A stretch of DNA of 51,880 nt from Chitinophagales bacterium (GCA_044448365.1 JBIOGV010000001.1:1-51880), one strand, 5' to 3'. Shown: positions 8,201 through 17,775, numbered from the stretch's first letter. Numbers and translations are program-made. Notes: a model not told the origin generated them from the letters alone.

Positions 8201-10776
8201 TGGCTTTGGAAAGCGCCCGCCGGTTTGATGAAACCAAATTATTATTGACAGAAACCGCAAAAGGCAAGAAAAATGTTGAATTGCTGAGTGATATAGGAAA
8301 AAAAATAACTGCTTCCCTCGATTATGAAACGATTTTTTATGAACTATATGGACACATTAATCAATTGGTTGACGCAAGCATTTTTGGCGTAGGTATTTAT
8401 CATGCTGAGCGGCAGCAAATAGAATATAGTTTTGCAATAGAAAATGGAAGGAGGTATCAACCTTATACAAGGGATACTTCAGACAAGAACCAGTTACCTG
8501 TGTGGTGCATTGAAAACCGGATGCCAATATTATTAAATGATGTGCCTAATGAATATAGCCGTTATATAAACAGTTATGAGACTACAGAAAGACTTTTGGA
8601 AGATGGTTCAGTTTCACTACCTCCTTTATCAATTATATATATTCCATTGATTGTAAAAGATAAGGTTCTAGGGATTATTTCAATTCAGAGTTTCCGGAAG
8701 AATGCATACACCGAATATCATCTCAATCTTCTGCAAAACCTTGCTACATATACAAGCATAGCGCTGGATAATGCCAGTGCTTATCGCCAACTGAACAAAC
8801 GTGAACAGGAAATAGCGCAGCGAGCTACAGAGCTTTCTACGGTGAATACTATCAGCAAGGCCCTCGCCTCTCAATTAGATACCGATGTGTTGATAAAAAT
8901 GGTTGGCGACCATTTGAAAGATTTATTTAAAGCCAACCTTGTTTACCTCGCATTATTAAATCAAAAAACCAAAATCATTCATTTCCTTTATCAGTATGGT
9001 GATAAAATGCGACCCATAAAATTAGGAGAAGGGCTTACTTCTAAAATTATATTGAATGGAGAGCCTCTTCTTATTAATAAAGACTTACCCAAGCATAGGG
9101 CACAGTTGGGAGTTGAAAGGATCGGACTAGCAGCCACTTCCTACCTGGGTGTTCCAATTCCGGTAGGTGGTGAAAATATTGGTGTACTGAGTGTACAAAG
9201 CACGGAGAAGGAGAACCGGTTTAACGAAAATGACCTGCGGCTCTTATCTACCATTGCATCATCAGTCGGAGTTGCTTTGAGGAATGCAACACTTTTTGAA
9301 GATGTGAAGCTCGCTAAAATGGAAGCCGAAGCAGCCAGCAAAGCAGCAGAAAAAGCCAATGAAGCAAAAAGTGCTTTTCTTTCTACTGTAAGCCATGAAC
9401 TTAGAACTCCGCTTACTTCTGTGCTTGGGTTTGCCAAAATCATTAAGAAAAGACTGGAAGAAAAACTATTTCCACTTATTGATCACTCGGATCCAAAGAC
9501 AGAAAAAACCATTCAGCAGGTATCTGAAAATCTCAATGTAGTAGTTTCGGAAGGTGAACGCCTGACGCACCTTATCAATGATGTGCTGGACCTTGCCAAG
9601 ATAGAAGCCGGTAAAATGGAATGGAACATGGAACCGATTCCTATGCCTGAAATCGTCGAAAGGGCAATTGCTGCTACTTCTTCTCTCTTTGAACAAAAGC
9701 GTCTTACACTGAAAAGGGAAATCGAAAATGACCTGCCTGTGATTACCGGCGACCGTGATAAACTGATCCAGGTAGTAGTAAATCTTTTATCAAACGCTGT
9801 GAAATTTACTGACTCAGGATCCATTATCTGCCGTGTTTTTCAAAAAGACAATGAAGTTATTGTTGGTATTATGGATACAGGCATTGGCATAGCCCCCAAG
9901 GATCATGCGACTGTATTCGAACAATTTAAACAAGTGGGTGATACATTAATCGACAAACCAAAAGGGACCGGTTTAGGCTTACCGATTTGCAAAGAGATTG
10001 TTGAGCACCAAGGTGGTCACATTTGGCTGGAAAGTGAATTGGGCAAAGGGAGTACTTTCTTTTTTGCATTGCCAGTGAACAAGACAGAGGTCATCAAGCC
10101 CATAAATCTGGATGAACTGGTGAAACAGTTAAAAGAGCAAATGGCCCGGTCTCAATTGAATATGAAAGAACAGGGAATCACCATTCTCGTTGTGGATGAT
10201 GAGGAATCTATTCGTTCATTGCTTCGTCAGGAACTTAGTGATGCGGGATATAATGTTGAAGAAGCAGGCAATGGTAAAGAAGCGTTAGGCAGAATCCGGG
10301 CAAATAAACCTGATCTGATTATCCTTGATGTGATGATGCCTGAGATGAATGGTTTTGAAGTTGCCAGCATTTTGAAAAACGATCCTCAAACGATGGATAT
10401 CCCAATCATTATTTTATCTATTGTGCAGGATAAGGCAAGGGGCTTTCGCATAGGGGTTGACCGCTATCTTACAAAACCTATTGATAGTGCCGAACTATTC
10501 GCTGAAGTGGGCACTTTGCTTGAACAAGGCAAGTCTAAGAAGAAGGTAATGATCGTGGATGAGGACAGTGCTGCCGTTAGATCACTGACTGAAGTGTTGG
10601 AAACAAAGGGGTATAATGTGGTGGAATCGGACGGAAAAGAACTGATGAAGAAGGCTATTTCAACACTTCCTGATATCATCATTCTTAATTCTCTGTTTTC
10701 CGAAAAGCAGCAGATAGTACAGTCTCTCCGTTTCGAAAAGGGGTTGGAAAATGTATTGTTTTTGATTTATCAATAA
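5251..10776 (+). CDS. Hybrid sensor histidine kinase: Reg_prop beta-propeller repeats, Y_Y_Y, TM, multiple GAF, HisKA, HATPase_c, receiver, plus truncated pseudo-receiver
   Basis: The ATG at 5251 gives a signal-like N-terminus (the track ORF starts at the TTG at 5194). Motifs include YQTWLEGFEKNWS...YHFHVRA (Y_Y_Y), SHELRTPL (H-box), GTGLGLPICK (G2) and DLIILDVMMP (receiver Asp). Confidence 0.85.
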   Translation: MKGASRFTSYSHLAFQVGCFMYFFFLSPLVSNGQPQSEKGLPFITNYAAKTFNALPQTWSVQQDENGIMYFGVQNYILEYDGIRWRKLTFQNNSSTNICRSMTMAENGVIYYGGFGDLGYLGNDSLGQKRTNSLLRLVPPEYRNFLDVWSAYSTESGVYFQSREYIIRYDDSKHEPGEKRMMKVWIPKTKFMYAFYLDGNYFVHQQGLGLFKMVNDSLVLIPGSEFLGKERMQIMLPYPSATGEKQYLIGLFYSGLYLYDGKTFRRFITQADPIFRSGINLYKGLQLKNGSYVLSTTGKGLVIIDAQGIIQQKINRDVGLQDETIYATFIDKRGSLWLGLDNGISRVEIASPVTKFGSQSGINSGVLSINRFGGDLYIGISNGLLVFNNKTAHFERVPGMLGNQVFQMLQVGNELIIPADGLFGVRNMKAHAIRASVSADLTLNGVYHSKKYPNVLLCAGNFGVAVFEKKSEPSSSNGSGTWHFTGYIPGIKDQLWTLAENSDGTIWAGTQVGRSYLIRLAFDAKDSIDLKNTKFEIYGPGNGYKNGLGNVFSIKGSNYFPGDSALYTFDDKQKKFRIDSTFGIFKKGGGFTEFDMDEDARGRVWIRLGKELRLAVPRPEGGYFIDTTEMREINDFTIQKIYPEKTGIVWICTTDGLMRYDEKLRKENDPSFKTLLRFVSAGKSELNTAISQDEKLVSVSFKKRTLRFEYAAPFFEQEEKTLYQTWLEGFEKNWSDFDYNYYKEYTNLPAGKYHFHVRAKNVYEKLSEEAVYSFSIRPPWYASGWAYLLYILTALAIVYTIIRWRTRQLHEKHRELEKIVAERTVQLSLRLDELAVINSVQGGLVREMDIQGIYELVGEKIREIFHAQIFDIVTYDSKTNLLEDHYSYENGDRTLVGKWEPSGFRKIVIDTQQVLLINKDLDKRSQEINNKVISGEQPKSALFVPLISGGHVTGMISLQDLDRENAFPESSVNLLTTLANSMSVALESARRFDETKLLLTETAKGKKNVELLSDIGKKITASLDYETIFYELYGHINQLVDASIFGVGIYHAERQQIEYSFAIENGRRYQPYTRDTSDKNQLPVWCIENRMPILLNDVPNEYSRYINSYETTERLLEDGSVSLPPLSIIYIPLIVKDKVLGIISIQSFRKNAYTEYHLNLLQNLATYTSIALDNASAYRQLNKREQEIAQRATELSTVNTISKALASQLDTDVLIKMVGDHLKDLFKANLVYLALLNQKTKIIHFLYQYGDKMRPIKLGEGLTSKIILNGEPLLINKDLPKHRAQLGVERIGLAATSYLGVPIPVGGENIGVLSVQSTEKENRFNENDLRLLSTIASSVGVALRNATLFEDVKLAKMEAEAASKAAEKANEAKSAFLSTVSHELRTPLTSVLGFAKIIKKRLEEKLFPLIDHSDPKTEKTIQQVSENLNVVVSEGERLTHLINDVLDLAKIEAGKMEWNMEPIPMPEIVERAIAATSSLFEQKRLTLKREIENDLPVITGDRDKLIQVVVNLLSNAVKFTDSGSIICRVFQKDNEVIVGIMDTGIGIAPKDHATVFEQFKQVGDTLIDKPKGTGLGLPICKEIVEHQGGHIWLESELGKGSTFFFALPVNKTEVIKPINLDELVKQLKEQMARSQLNMKEQGITILVVDDEESIRSLLRQELSDAGYNVEEAGNGKEALGRIRANKPDLIILDVMMPEMNGFEVASILKNDPQTMDIPIIILSIVQDKARGFRIGVDRYLTKPIDSAELFAEVGTLLEQGKSKKKVMIVDEDSAAVRSLTEVLETKGYNVVESDGKELMKKAISTLPDIIILNSLFSEKQQIVQSLRFEKGLENVLFLIYQ

Positions 10777-10892
10777 ACTTGAAAATGGGAGATAAAATAT
10801 GAATGAAAATAATTTTTAAATAGTTGAATGGGTTAATCTAAACATCAGAATTTGAAAAAATAAAATGGAACAAAAATTATTAATTGTTGATT

Positions 10893-11168
10893 GTATGTGG
10901 TCAAAACAAATTGGACTTTTTGTTAGAGACAGTTTTGTGATTGCAAGTGTAAATTTTAGGTGCATTTCATTCCCGACTAATCACAAAAGACTTAGTGTGT
11001 GACCTAAGGATTTTTCGAGAGTGCACATTAATACTTTAATTCTGCCATTAATTTTGCTAAAACACCGATAAATACTCGATCAATACATTCTGTATCGCAG
11101 CTCCAGAAATGTAGCGTTGACGGAATGATGAGGGGGTGAGATCATCGGGGAGAAAAGGAGAAATTAAT
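10893..11168 (+). repeat. X-L-core-A composite repeat, copy 2 (core at 11088-11097; ends with GGAGAAATTAAT)
   Basis: Colinear with 4549-4812. Confidence 0.9.
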
Positions 11169-11366
11169 ACTTATGAAACCTGGATTTAATGATCGCAAGA
11201 TAAAGATTGAAGGTGGATTAAAGCGGCTCGAATTGTATTGTTAAATTACTTCTTGTTGTATATACATTTTGCCCTTACGTCGCAAAATATAGCGAAGGTG
11301 ATCTTTAATCAATAATATTGTGTTTCCGGCAATATTGCCAAGTTTCAATCAAACATCATCCATCAA

Positions 11367-12377
11367 ATGAAAAAATATTTCATGCTTTCTGCGTTTCTGT
11401 TGATAGGAGCACTGGCTTCCAATGCCCAAAAACAATCAGCTTATCATATAAGCGGCGTATATCCTATCCTAAGCGGGGGAGGGTACGATTACCTTACAGT
11501 TGACAGTGCCTCCGATAATTTATATATTTCGCATGGATCTCAGGTGAATGTGCTAAATAAAAACACCGGCGATTCTCTTGGTGTTATTAAAACCGAGAAG
11601 GATGTACATGGCATAGCGCTGGTACACGCTTTAGGCAAGGGTTATATTTCTAATGGAACACTCAATAAAGTGTTGGTGTTTGACCTAAAATCCAATAAGG
11701 TACTTGGCTACGTGCCAACAGGAAAATTTGCCGACGGCATTTTTTATGATGATTTCTCCAAAAAAGTAATTAGTTGTAACGGCATGAGCAAGAACATGAC
11801 AGTAATTGATCCTTCTACGGATACAGTATTTGCTACTGTTCAATTAACCGGCTGGCCTGAGACTGCTGTAAGTGACGGTAAAGGAAACATATATGTGAAC
11901 AATGCAGAGAAAGCTGAAATGGATGTAGTAGATGCCACTACCTTTAAAGTCATTCATCAGTGGCCCAACGAGCCTGGTAAAGGTGCATCAGGGCTGGCAA
12001 TTGATCGGGAAACAATGCGTTTGTTTGCAGGTTGCGAGAATAAATTGATGATTGTGATGAATGCAACCAACGGTAATGTAATAGCCAGTTTGCCAATCGG
12101 CGATGAGTGCGACGGAGTGGGCTTTGATAACCAACGGAAGATTGCCTTTTCTGCAAATGGTGATGGCACGCTGACTGTTGTGAAAGAGCAATCTGCAGGT
12201 AGCTTTGTTGTAGCTGAAAATGTACAAACCAAACAAGGTGCACGCACCATTGCTGTTGACCAAAAAACGCACAAGGTTTACCTGCCTTCTGCAATGTTTA
12301 AACCTGCTTCAAAAAAATCTTTTCGCCCGGAAATTATACCTGGCACCTTTAAAATTTTAGCAGTAGAAAGAAATTGA
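11367..12377 (+). CDS. Secreted YVTN/YncE-like beta-propeller repeat protein
   Basis: Signal peptide and repeated blade-like segments. It resembles the YncE/YVTN family, and a paralogue-like gene lies at 28863-29912. Confidence 0.65.
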   Translation: MKKYFMLSAFLLIGALASNAQKQSAYHISGVYPILSGGGYDYLTVDSASDNLYISHGSQVNVLNKNTGDSLGVIKTEKDVHGIALVHALGKGYISNGTLNKVLVFDLKSNKVLGYVPTGKFADGIFYDDFSKKVISCNGMSKNMTVIDPSTDTVFATVQLTGWPETAVSDGKGNIYVNNAEKAEMDVVDATTFKVIHQWPNEPGKGASGLAIDRETMRLFAGCENKLMIVMNATNGNVIASLPIGDECDGVGFDNQRKIAFSANGDGTLTVVKEQSAGSFVVAENVQTKQGARTIAVDQKTHKVYLPSAMFKPASKKSFRPEIIPGTFKILAVERN

Positions 12378-12531
12378 TTATAAGTTATCTCACTATGGTG
12401 GCGCAATGGTAACCTTCGTTATCTGAAACAAAGTTTATTGGAAAGATTGAAGGGCTTTTTGATAATACCACGACAAAAAAATCTGTCAGCCGGATGTAAT
12501 TGAATCAAGAAATTATTTTAGTACAGTAATT

Positions 12532-13005
12532 CTGCCATTAATTTTTCTAAAACACTTAGAAATAGTCGAAAAGTACATTTTGTATCGGAAAGTAACTGCA
12601 TCACGTCAGATGCAGATTCTACGCAGTTTCTGCATGTTCTCTGCAAGTTGTATTTGCTTTTCTTTGTTTTTATTTGCCTTTAGTAGCATTTTTTTGGGTA
12701 GAAAAGTGGTCATTAGTTTAAAACTAATGGCTACTTTCCCATCGTGAAGAGGAGAGATTATAGCACACAATGATAGGGTATGATACATAATGATACAATA
12801 GTTATCAGTTGAAAATCCAATTTAGAACCAAAAAACCACGCTATGAGTAGTAATTTAAGAGTAACTAAAATATGTGAGTACTGCAGCCAGGAATTTATTG
12901 CAAAAACTATTCAATCGAAATATTGTTCGCATAGCTGCAATAACAAAACCTATAAGGAAGCCAAGCGCAAAGAAAAGGTTGAATCAGTAGTCAGTAAAAC
13001 TAATC
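12532..13005 (+). repeat. L module fused through the core (TTTTGTATCGG, 12578-12588) to copy 2 of the ~430-bp mnmE-trailer repeat
   Basis: 12578-13005 aligns with 352-782. 12532-12577 aligns with the L modules at 4698, 11042, 18572 and 24008. Confidence 0.85.
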
Positions 13006-13025
13006 AGGCCAATCGTCAGCAATAA
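12843..13025 (+). pseudogene. Truncated paralogue of the Zn-ribbon/HTH gene (60 codons, HTH part missing)
   Basis: MSSNLRVTKICEYCSQEFIAKTIQSKYCSHSCNNKTYKEAKRK aligns with the 618-923 product, then diverges and stops. Confidence 0.6.
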
Positions 13026-13087
13026 GTCCGCCAAGGCCGATGCAATCATTATAAGCCATTATTTATTCATCTATTGGTACATTATTT

Positions 13088-13190
13088 TTGCTATTAATTT
13101 CGCTAAAACCCTGAGAAATACCCGATGAGTACATTCTTTATCCTTTATCAGAAAGTAACTGCATCGCAAACAATGCAGATTCTATGCAGT
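13088..13190 (+). repeat. L-core-trailer repeat, short copy (internal CTTTATC duplication, stop at 13156-13158, hairpin at 13159-13178)
   Basis: Aligns with 12532-12640 and with 352-400. Confidence 0.75.
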
Positions 13191-13420
13191 TGTTAGGGTG
13201 GCTGTTTATAATAATAAAATCTTTTGATGAACACCAACAACGGCGTAAGTCAACAAAACTTGCAGTAAAATAAATCTGTGTGATTTTATGGTTTTTTGTT
13301 CCGGCACCCTACTTTTGTCGCAACTGTCCGTGTCAGTTGCTATCATGGAGTTAGCAGCTCATAAAAAGATATTTCGCTAAAATTTTGTTTCCTGGTGAAT
13401 GTACTTTTATGTTCTAAAAA

Positions 13421-14389
13421 ATGATTGTGATGAACAAATATTTTCTTATTGGATTAATATTCCTTGCAGCGTGTCATCAAAGATCATCGTCCGTTCCCGT
13501 TGTTGGTTTTGCGGATGCCTTTCAGGATAATACAATCGAACAGGCAAAGATTGGTTTTATGGATGCACTAAAAAAGAACGGATTCGATGAAAAAGACGGG
13601 GCCATAAAAATAATTTATAGGAACGCCCAGGGAAATATCCCTACCCTTACCCAGATCATGAATTATTTTATTAGTGAAAAGGTAACGCTGATCGCAGCCA
13701 ATGCTTCCTTAACCGCAATAACCGCAGTTCAGAAAACAAAAACGATCCCTATTTTCATGATGGTGGCTCCCACTCCTTCTCTAATGAAAGTGCTGGATGA
13801 TAAAGGCGCTCCTCCGGCGAATCTGTTTGGTGTGAGCGATAACCTGGATTATATTGATACTTCATTCTTGCTGATACCTAAAATCATCAAACCAAAATCA
13901 GGGAAACTAACGGTTGGGATGATATTTAATCAGTCAGAGCCGCAATCTGTTGAAGCCATCGACAGGATAGAAGAACTGGCAAAGAAAAATGATATCAATC
14001 TTGTTTCCCTTCCGGTGAACAGTTCCGCTGATGTGCAACTGGTAACTTCTGCACTTCTAAATAAAAACATTGATGCTTTTTTTGCTAACCCTGATAATGT
14101 TGTCTTTTCATCTTTTGAATCTATCGACAAATTGTGTAAGCAGGCTAAGGTCCCGATATTCACCAGTGAGGCAGGGCTTGTTTCGAGAGGCGCACTGGTT
14201 GCTTTCGGGGCAGACATCTATCAATGGGGTTACCAGGCCGGCGAGCAAGCCGCTCAATACCTTAAATCAAAAGACACGACAGGGATTCATTGGGAAATGG
14301 TAAAAATCAGAAAAAGAGTTTTTAATCCTGTAGTCGCAAAATATTATGATTTAACAATACCTTCCGATTTTCAACCCATAACCCCATAA
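13421..14389 (+). CDS. ABC transporter substrate-binding lipoprotein (ABC_sub_bind/PF04392-like)
   Basis: Lipobox LAAC (alternative ATG at 13430). The fold signature resembles the uncharacterised ABC_sub_bind family. Its stop overlaps the permease ATG (TAATG). Confidence 0.7.
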   Translation: MIVMNKYFLIGLIFLAACHQRSSSVPVVGFADAFQDNTIEQAKIGFMDALKKNGFDEKDGAIKIIYRNAQGNIPTLTQIMNYFISEKVTLIAANASLTAITAVQKTKTIPIFMMVAPTPSLMKVLDDKGAPPANLFGVSDNLDYIDTSFLLIPKIIKPKSGKLTVGMIFNQSEPQSVEAIDRIEELAKKNDINLVSLPVNSSADVQLVTSALLNKNIDAFFANPDNVVFSSFESIDKLCKQAKVPIFTSEAGLVSRGALVAFGADIYQWGYQAGEQAAQYLKSKDTTGIHWEMVKIRKRVFNPVVAKYYDLTIPSDFQPITP

Positions 14390-15261
14390 TGGATTTTTAT
14401 TTACAGGCTTTGCAGCTTTCGCTTTGTCTCGGGACGATGTGCATGGGGGTGTTCATTTCTATGAAGATTTTCAATATTCCAGATATCACTACAGATGGGA
14501 GCTATACATTGGGCGCATCGGTCACTGCGGTCTTATTATCGCACCACTATCCAATGATATATGTGATGCTGGTAAGCATGTTGATGGGTTCTGTTGCCGG
14601 CACCCTTACAGGTTTTATTCACACAAAACTTAAAATCGATGCGTTGCTTGCAGGCATATTGGTAATGACCGGGCTTTATTCCATAAACCTGATCATCCTG
14701 GGCCGCTCCAATATTCCTTTGATTGGCACCGCATCCATATTTAACCTGCTGACATTTTTCGACAATCAGGTCTACAACGATCTCATCATCGGGTTGATTA
14801 TTATTATTGGTTTGATGCTTTTACTGACCTATATATTAAAGACTGATTTTGGCATCGCTATGCGGGCTACCGGCAACAGTGAAACTATGACCAAAGCACT
14901 TGGCATAAACAATAACAGGATGAAGATTATTGGTCTTGCCATGGCTAATGCATTAACCGCACTTAGCGGTTTTCTTGTTTCGCAATACCAGGGTTTTACG
15001 GATATCAATATGGGTATTGGAATTGTGATCGTGGGCCTGGGCTCAGTGCTGATTGGTAATACGTTGAAAAATTGGTTCAATATAAAATCTATTGCAGCGC
15101 AATTGGTCCTTGTGATTGCGGGCAGTCTTATTTTTCAAATGGTGCTTGCGATTACCCTTGCATCGGGTGTAGATCCCAATTTGTTGAAATTGGTGACTGC
15201 TCTTTTTGTTCTTTTGATTGTAGCGCTGCCGAGGCTGAGTAAAAGCCTGAAAAAAAATTGA
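14389..15261 (+). CDS. ABC transporter permease
   Basis: Polytopic membrane protein, translationally coupled on both sides. Confidence 0.75.
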   Translation: MDFYLQALQLSLCLGTMCMGVFISMKIFNIPDITTDGSYTLGASVTAVLLSHHYPMIYVMLVSMLMGSVAGTLTGFIHTKLKIDALLAGILVMTGLYSINLIILGRSNIPLIGTASIFNLLTFFDNQVYNDLIIGLIIIIGLMLLLTYILKTDFGIAMRATGNSETMTKALGINNNRMKIIGLAMANALTALSGFLVSQYQGFTDINMGIGIVIVGLGSVLIGNTLKNWFNIKSIAAQLVLVIAGSLIFQMVLAITLASGVDPNLLKLVTALFVLLIVALPRLSKSLKKN

Positions 15262-16010
15262 TGATTTCTTTCAAAAACATATCAAAAGTATTCAATAAGG
15301 GAGAAGCGAATGAAGTGACTGCACTCCGCAATATCCACCTGCATATTCAAAAAGGCGAGTATGTTGTGATTATCGGAGCCAACGGTTCGGGAAAGACAAC
15401 GCTACTGAATATTCTTTCAGGTGCAGAGAAGGTCAGCGGTGGAAAAGTGATCATCGATGGCAAAGATGTGACCAACCTGACAGAATTTAAAAGAAGCAAA
15501 TGGATTGCCAGGGTATTCCAAAATCCATATACAGGTACAGCATCTGAACTCACCATACTTGACAATTTCCGGCTGGCGGCACTAAGAACGCAACGCAAAA
15601 AATTAACGATTGGCGTGAATGCTGCATTCAGGAACAAGGTTCAGGACATGGTAGCGAAATTGAACATGGGGCTGGAAAATAAAATTGATCAATTAATGGG
15701 TTCTCTGTCTGGCGGCCAACGCCAGGCACTTACACTGTTGATGAGTGTGATGGATGAGGCAAACATACTTTTGCTTGATGAGCCTGCAGCTGCATTAGAT
15801 CCGAAATCATCCGCATTGATACTTGAGCTCGCTGACCAGCTGATTAAAGAATTCCATTTAACTGTTCTGTGTATAACCCACAATTTAAAGGACACGCAAC
15901 AGTATGGCACAAGGCTAATACAATTTCAGGAAGGTAACCTGGTGAGGGATTTGAATGCGGAGCAAAAGTCAAAAATTGTTTTGCAGGATATGTTCCGCTG
16001 GTTTGAGTAG
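15261..16010 (+). CDS. ABC transporter ATP-binding protein
   Basis: Walker A GANGSGKTT, signature LSGGQRQ and Walker B LLLDEP. The ATG at 15261 overlaps the permease stop (TGATG); the track start at 15258 is a TTG. Confidence 0.85.
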   Translation: MISFKNISKVFNKGEANEVTALRNIHLHIQKGEYVVIIGANGSGKTTLLNILSGAEKVSGGKVIIDGKDVTNLTEFKRSKWIARVFQNPYTGTASELTILDNFRLAALRTQRKKLTIGVNAAFRNKVQDMVAKLNMGLENKIDQLMGSLSGGQRQALTLLMSVMDEANILLLDEPAAALDPKSSALILELADQLIKEFHLTVLCITHNLKDTQQYGTRLIQFQEGNLVRDLNAEQKSKIVLQDMFRWFE

Positions 16011-16165
16011 ATCCGCAACAATTGCTTAAAGCACTCCTCGTCTTTACAGGAATTACAACGGTCAAAACTAAATACCAAAAATTTTAAAGTTTTACATTTT
16101 ACACTTTAATCATCAGGTGATCATTGAATGATTATTAATATTTAACTTTCATAATAAATGCTCCG

Positions 16166-17416
16166 ATGTTTCCGATTCATCAACACTTTTACTCCAATTG
16201 TAAAGCATTTATCAGGTTCGTGCTTACAATATTTGTATCATTCATTGCTATTGATTGCGCCGCACAAGATGCCCAGATTGACACCAAGCTTGCAAATACG
16301 TTGAATTTTTATAAAATCTGTACCGGCAATAATTATTTGCGACTGGTTTCGGATATACGCGATAAGAAAGTCACCGAAGGATTTGACGTTTTACATTATT
16401 GCGATAAGGCAATCATTTTGGATGTTGCCAATTACAAAGGTGAGCCTGAGCAGTATGTTGAACGACTTCATCACGACATATCAGGGCTACTGCCCGAATT
16501 AGCATTTACCGGTTTTCGCGCTGTTGTTTCCTTAGACAGTACGGCTTCAAATGAGTTTGGACAAAGTTACAATACTATAGTATCACTGCATGCCAACGGC
16601 AGAGTGTATAAAGAAAAGGACCTGATAATAAAAGGTACTGAGTTAGGTATTGGGTATTCCGGAAAGATCGAAAATAATTTTTACGAAGTTTTTAATAAAA
16701 TATTAGTTGATATACAATCTCCCTACCGGATATATATTGTGAACAGAAATGAAGTTGACTTTACAAAATTGGGAGTTATAGCACTTACTAAACAACAATA
16801 TTCTGAACGGGAAGCAGACACAACTAACATACCGGTTGATGTTTTGAATTATAAGGAAGATTTGTATTATCATTATGATGATACGTTGACTTCACAAAAG
16901 ATTGAAGAAGCACTAACCAGCTTCCGTAAAATCGGATTATTTAATCATTTGACGGAAGAGCAAATAATAAATTCAACGGAAATTGTAAACGAGAAAAACA
17001 TTTTGAACCCCACCGATGCGCTGGTTCAGTTTCCGGGCGTGCTGGAAAGTTTCAGTGTTGAATTTCAAAATGATGATACCCCTTATACTGAGCTAACCAA
17101 AAAAGTTTTCACGTTGTTACACGTGGGTTTTACTCCAACACAGTTTCATGAGAACATTGCCACCCCCGTAAATGGAAAAGCAACATTTGGTTTTTCAGTC
17201 AAGGGAAAATTATATACTACCCAACAACTGGACAAGAAAAACTTTCTATCATTTTTAAACAGGGTATTACAGGATAGTAATATCAAAGGTCAATTTTATT
17301 TGCTGGCATGGGGTGGCTCTACTGTAGAAGGAACACCGGTAATATTCTTAACCGATGCACAAAGTGAATATATAAAGGCAAATCATCTAATAGCATTCTA
17401 TGATTCAGACAATTGA
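16166..17416 (+). CDS. Hypothetical exported protein
   Basis: Long ORF with a hydrophobic N-terminus. No family recognised. Confidence 0.5.
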   Translation: MFPIHQHFYSNCKAFIRFVLTIFVSFIAIDCAAQDAQIDTKLANTLNFYKICTGNNYLRLVSDIRDKKVTEGFDVLHYCDKAIILDVANYKGEPEQYVERLHHDISGLLPELAFTGFRAVVSLDSTASNEFGQSYNTIVSLHANGRVYKEKDLIIKGTELGIGYSGKIENNFYEVFNKILVDIQSPYRIYIVNRNEVDFTKLGVIALTKQQYSEREADTTNIPVDVLNYKEDLYYHYDDTLTSQKIEEALTSFRKIGLFNHLTEEQIINSTEIVNEKNILNPTDALVQFPGVLESFSVEFQNDDTPYTELTKKVFTLLHVGFTPTQFHENIATPVNGKATFGFSVKGKLYTTQQLDKKNFLSFLNRVLQDSNIKGQFYLLAWGGSTVEGTPVIFLTDAQSEYIKANHLIAFYDSDN

Positions 17417-17582
17417 AGGATTTAATTTTTCTTTGCAATTTGGCTTTATATCCGGGTTGACGTTATTGTATTTGGTTAAAAGAAAATCATCCTTTTGTTA
17501 GATGCATACATGTTACTAAAAATCTGTCTTTACCTTTATTTGCTGATGTTTGCTTTTGAAGCCATAAATCGCACTACTATTC

Positions 17583-17772
17583 TTGTTACTAATTTCGCCA
17601 GAACCCTTATTAATAGCGGGTCGGTAAATTCTGTATCGGAAAATGATTTAATGATGAGTACCAGAGTGATTTTATCATGTGGGAGAGATTCATGAATAAA
17701 GCGACGAGTCCCTTTTAGCATTTTTAAGACCATTGCCTCATGCAGTTAGGAGGAGACTCGTCGGGGAAGAAA
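17583..17772 (+). repeat. L-core-B repeat (core at 17629-17639, reads TTC TGT ATC GGA AAA TGA)
   Basis: Aligns with 18572-18763 and 24008-24194. Its 3' end lies 3 nt from the stop of the convergent gene at 17776. Confidence 0.85.
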
Positions 17773-17775
17773 TCC

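Noticed and set aside
6584-12294. Many 60-115-codon ORFs lie inside or antisense to long genes, for example 6584-6802, 7352-7639, 9141-9443, 9513-9824, 11950-12294, 11957-12274 and 11988-12272.
   Set aside because: They are fully embedded in well-supported long CDSs with recognisable domains and have no independent support.
500-12788. The minus-strand ORFs 500-685 and 12606-12788 lie inside the ~430-bp direct repeat.
   Set aside because: They are low-complexity, lie antisense to the promoter region of the Zn-ribbon gene, and are similar only because the DNA is duplicated.
17748-17756. The AGGAGGAG element in the B module could be a Shine-Dalgarno sequence.
   Set aside because: In the 17.7-kb and 18.7-kb copies no plus-strand ORF starts downstream. 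In the other copies the next ATG is 50-150 nt away. It is more likely part of a structure or just a conserved block.
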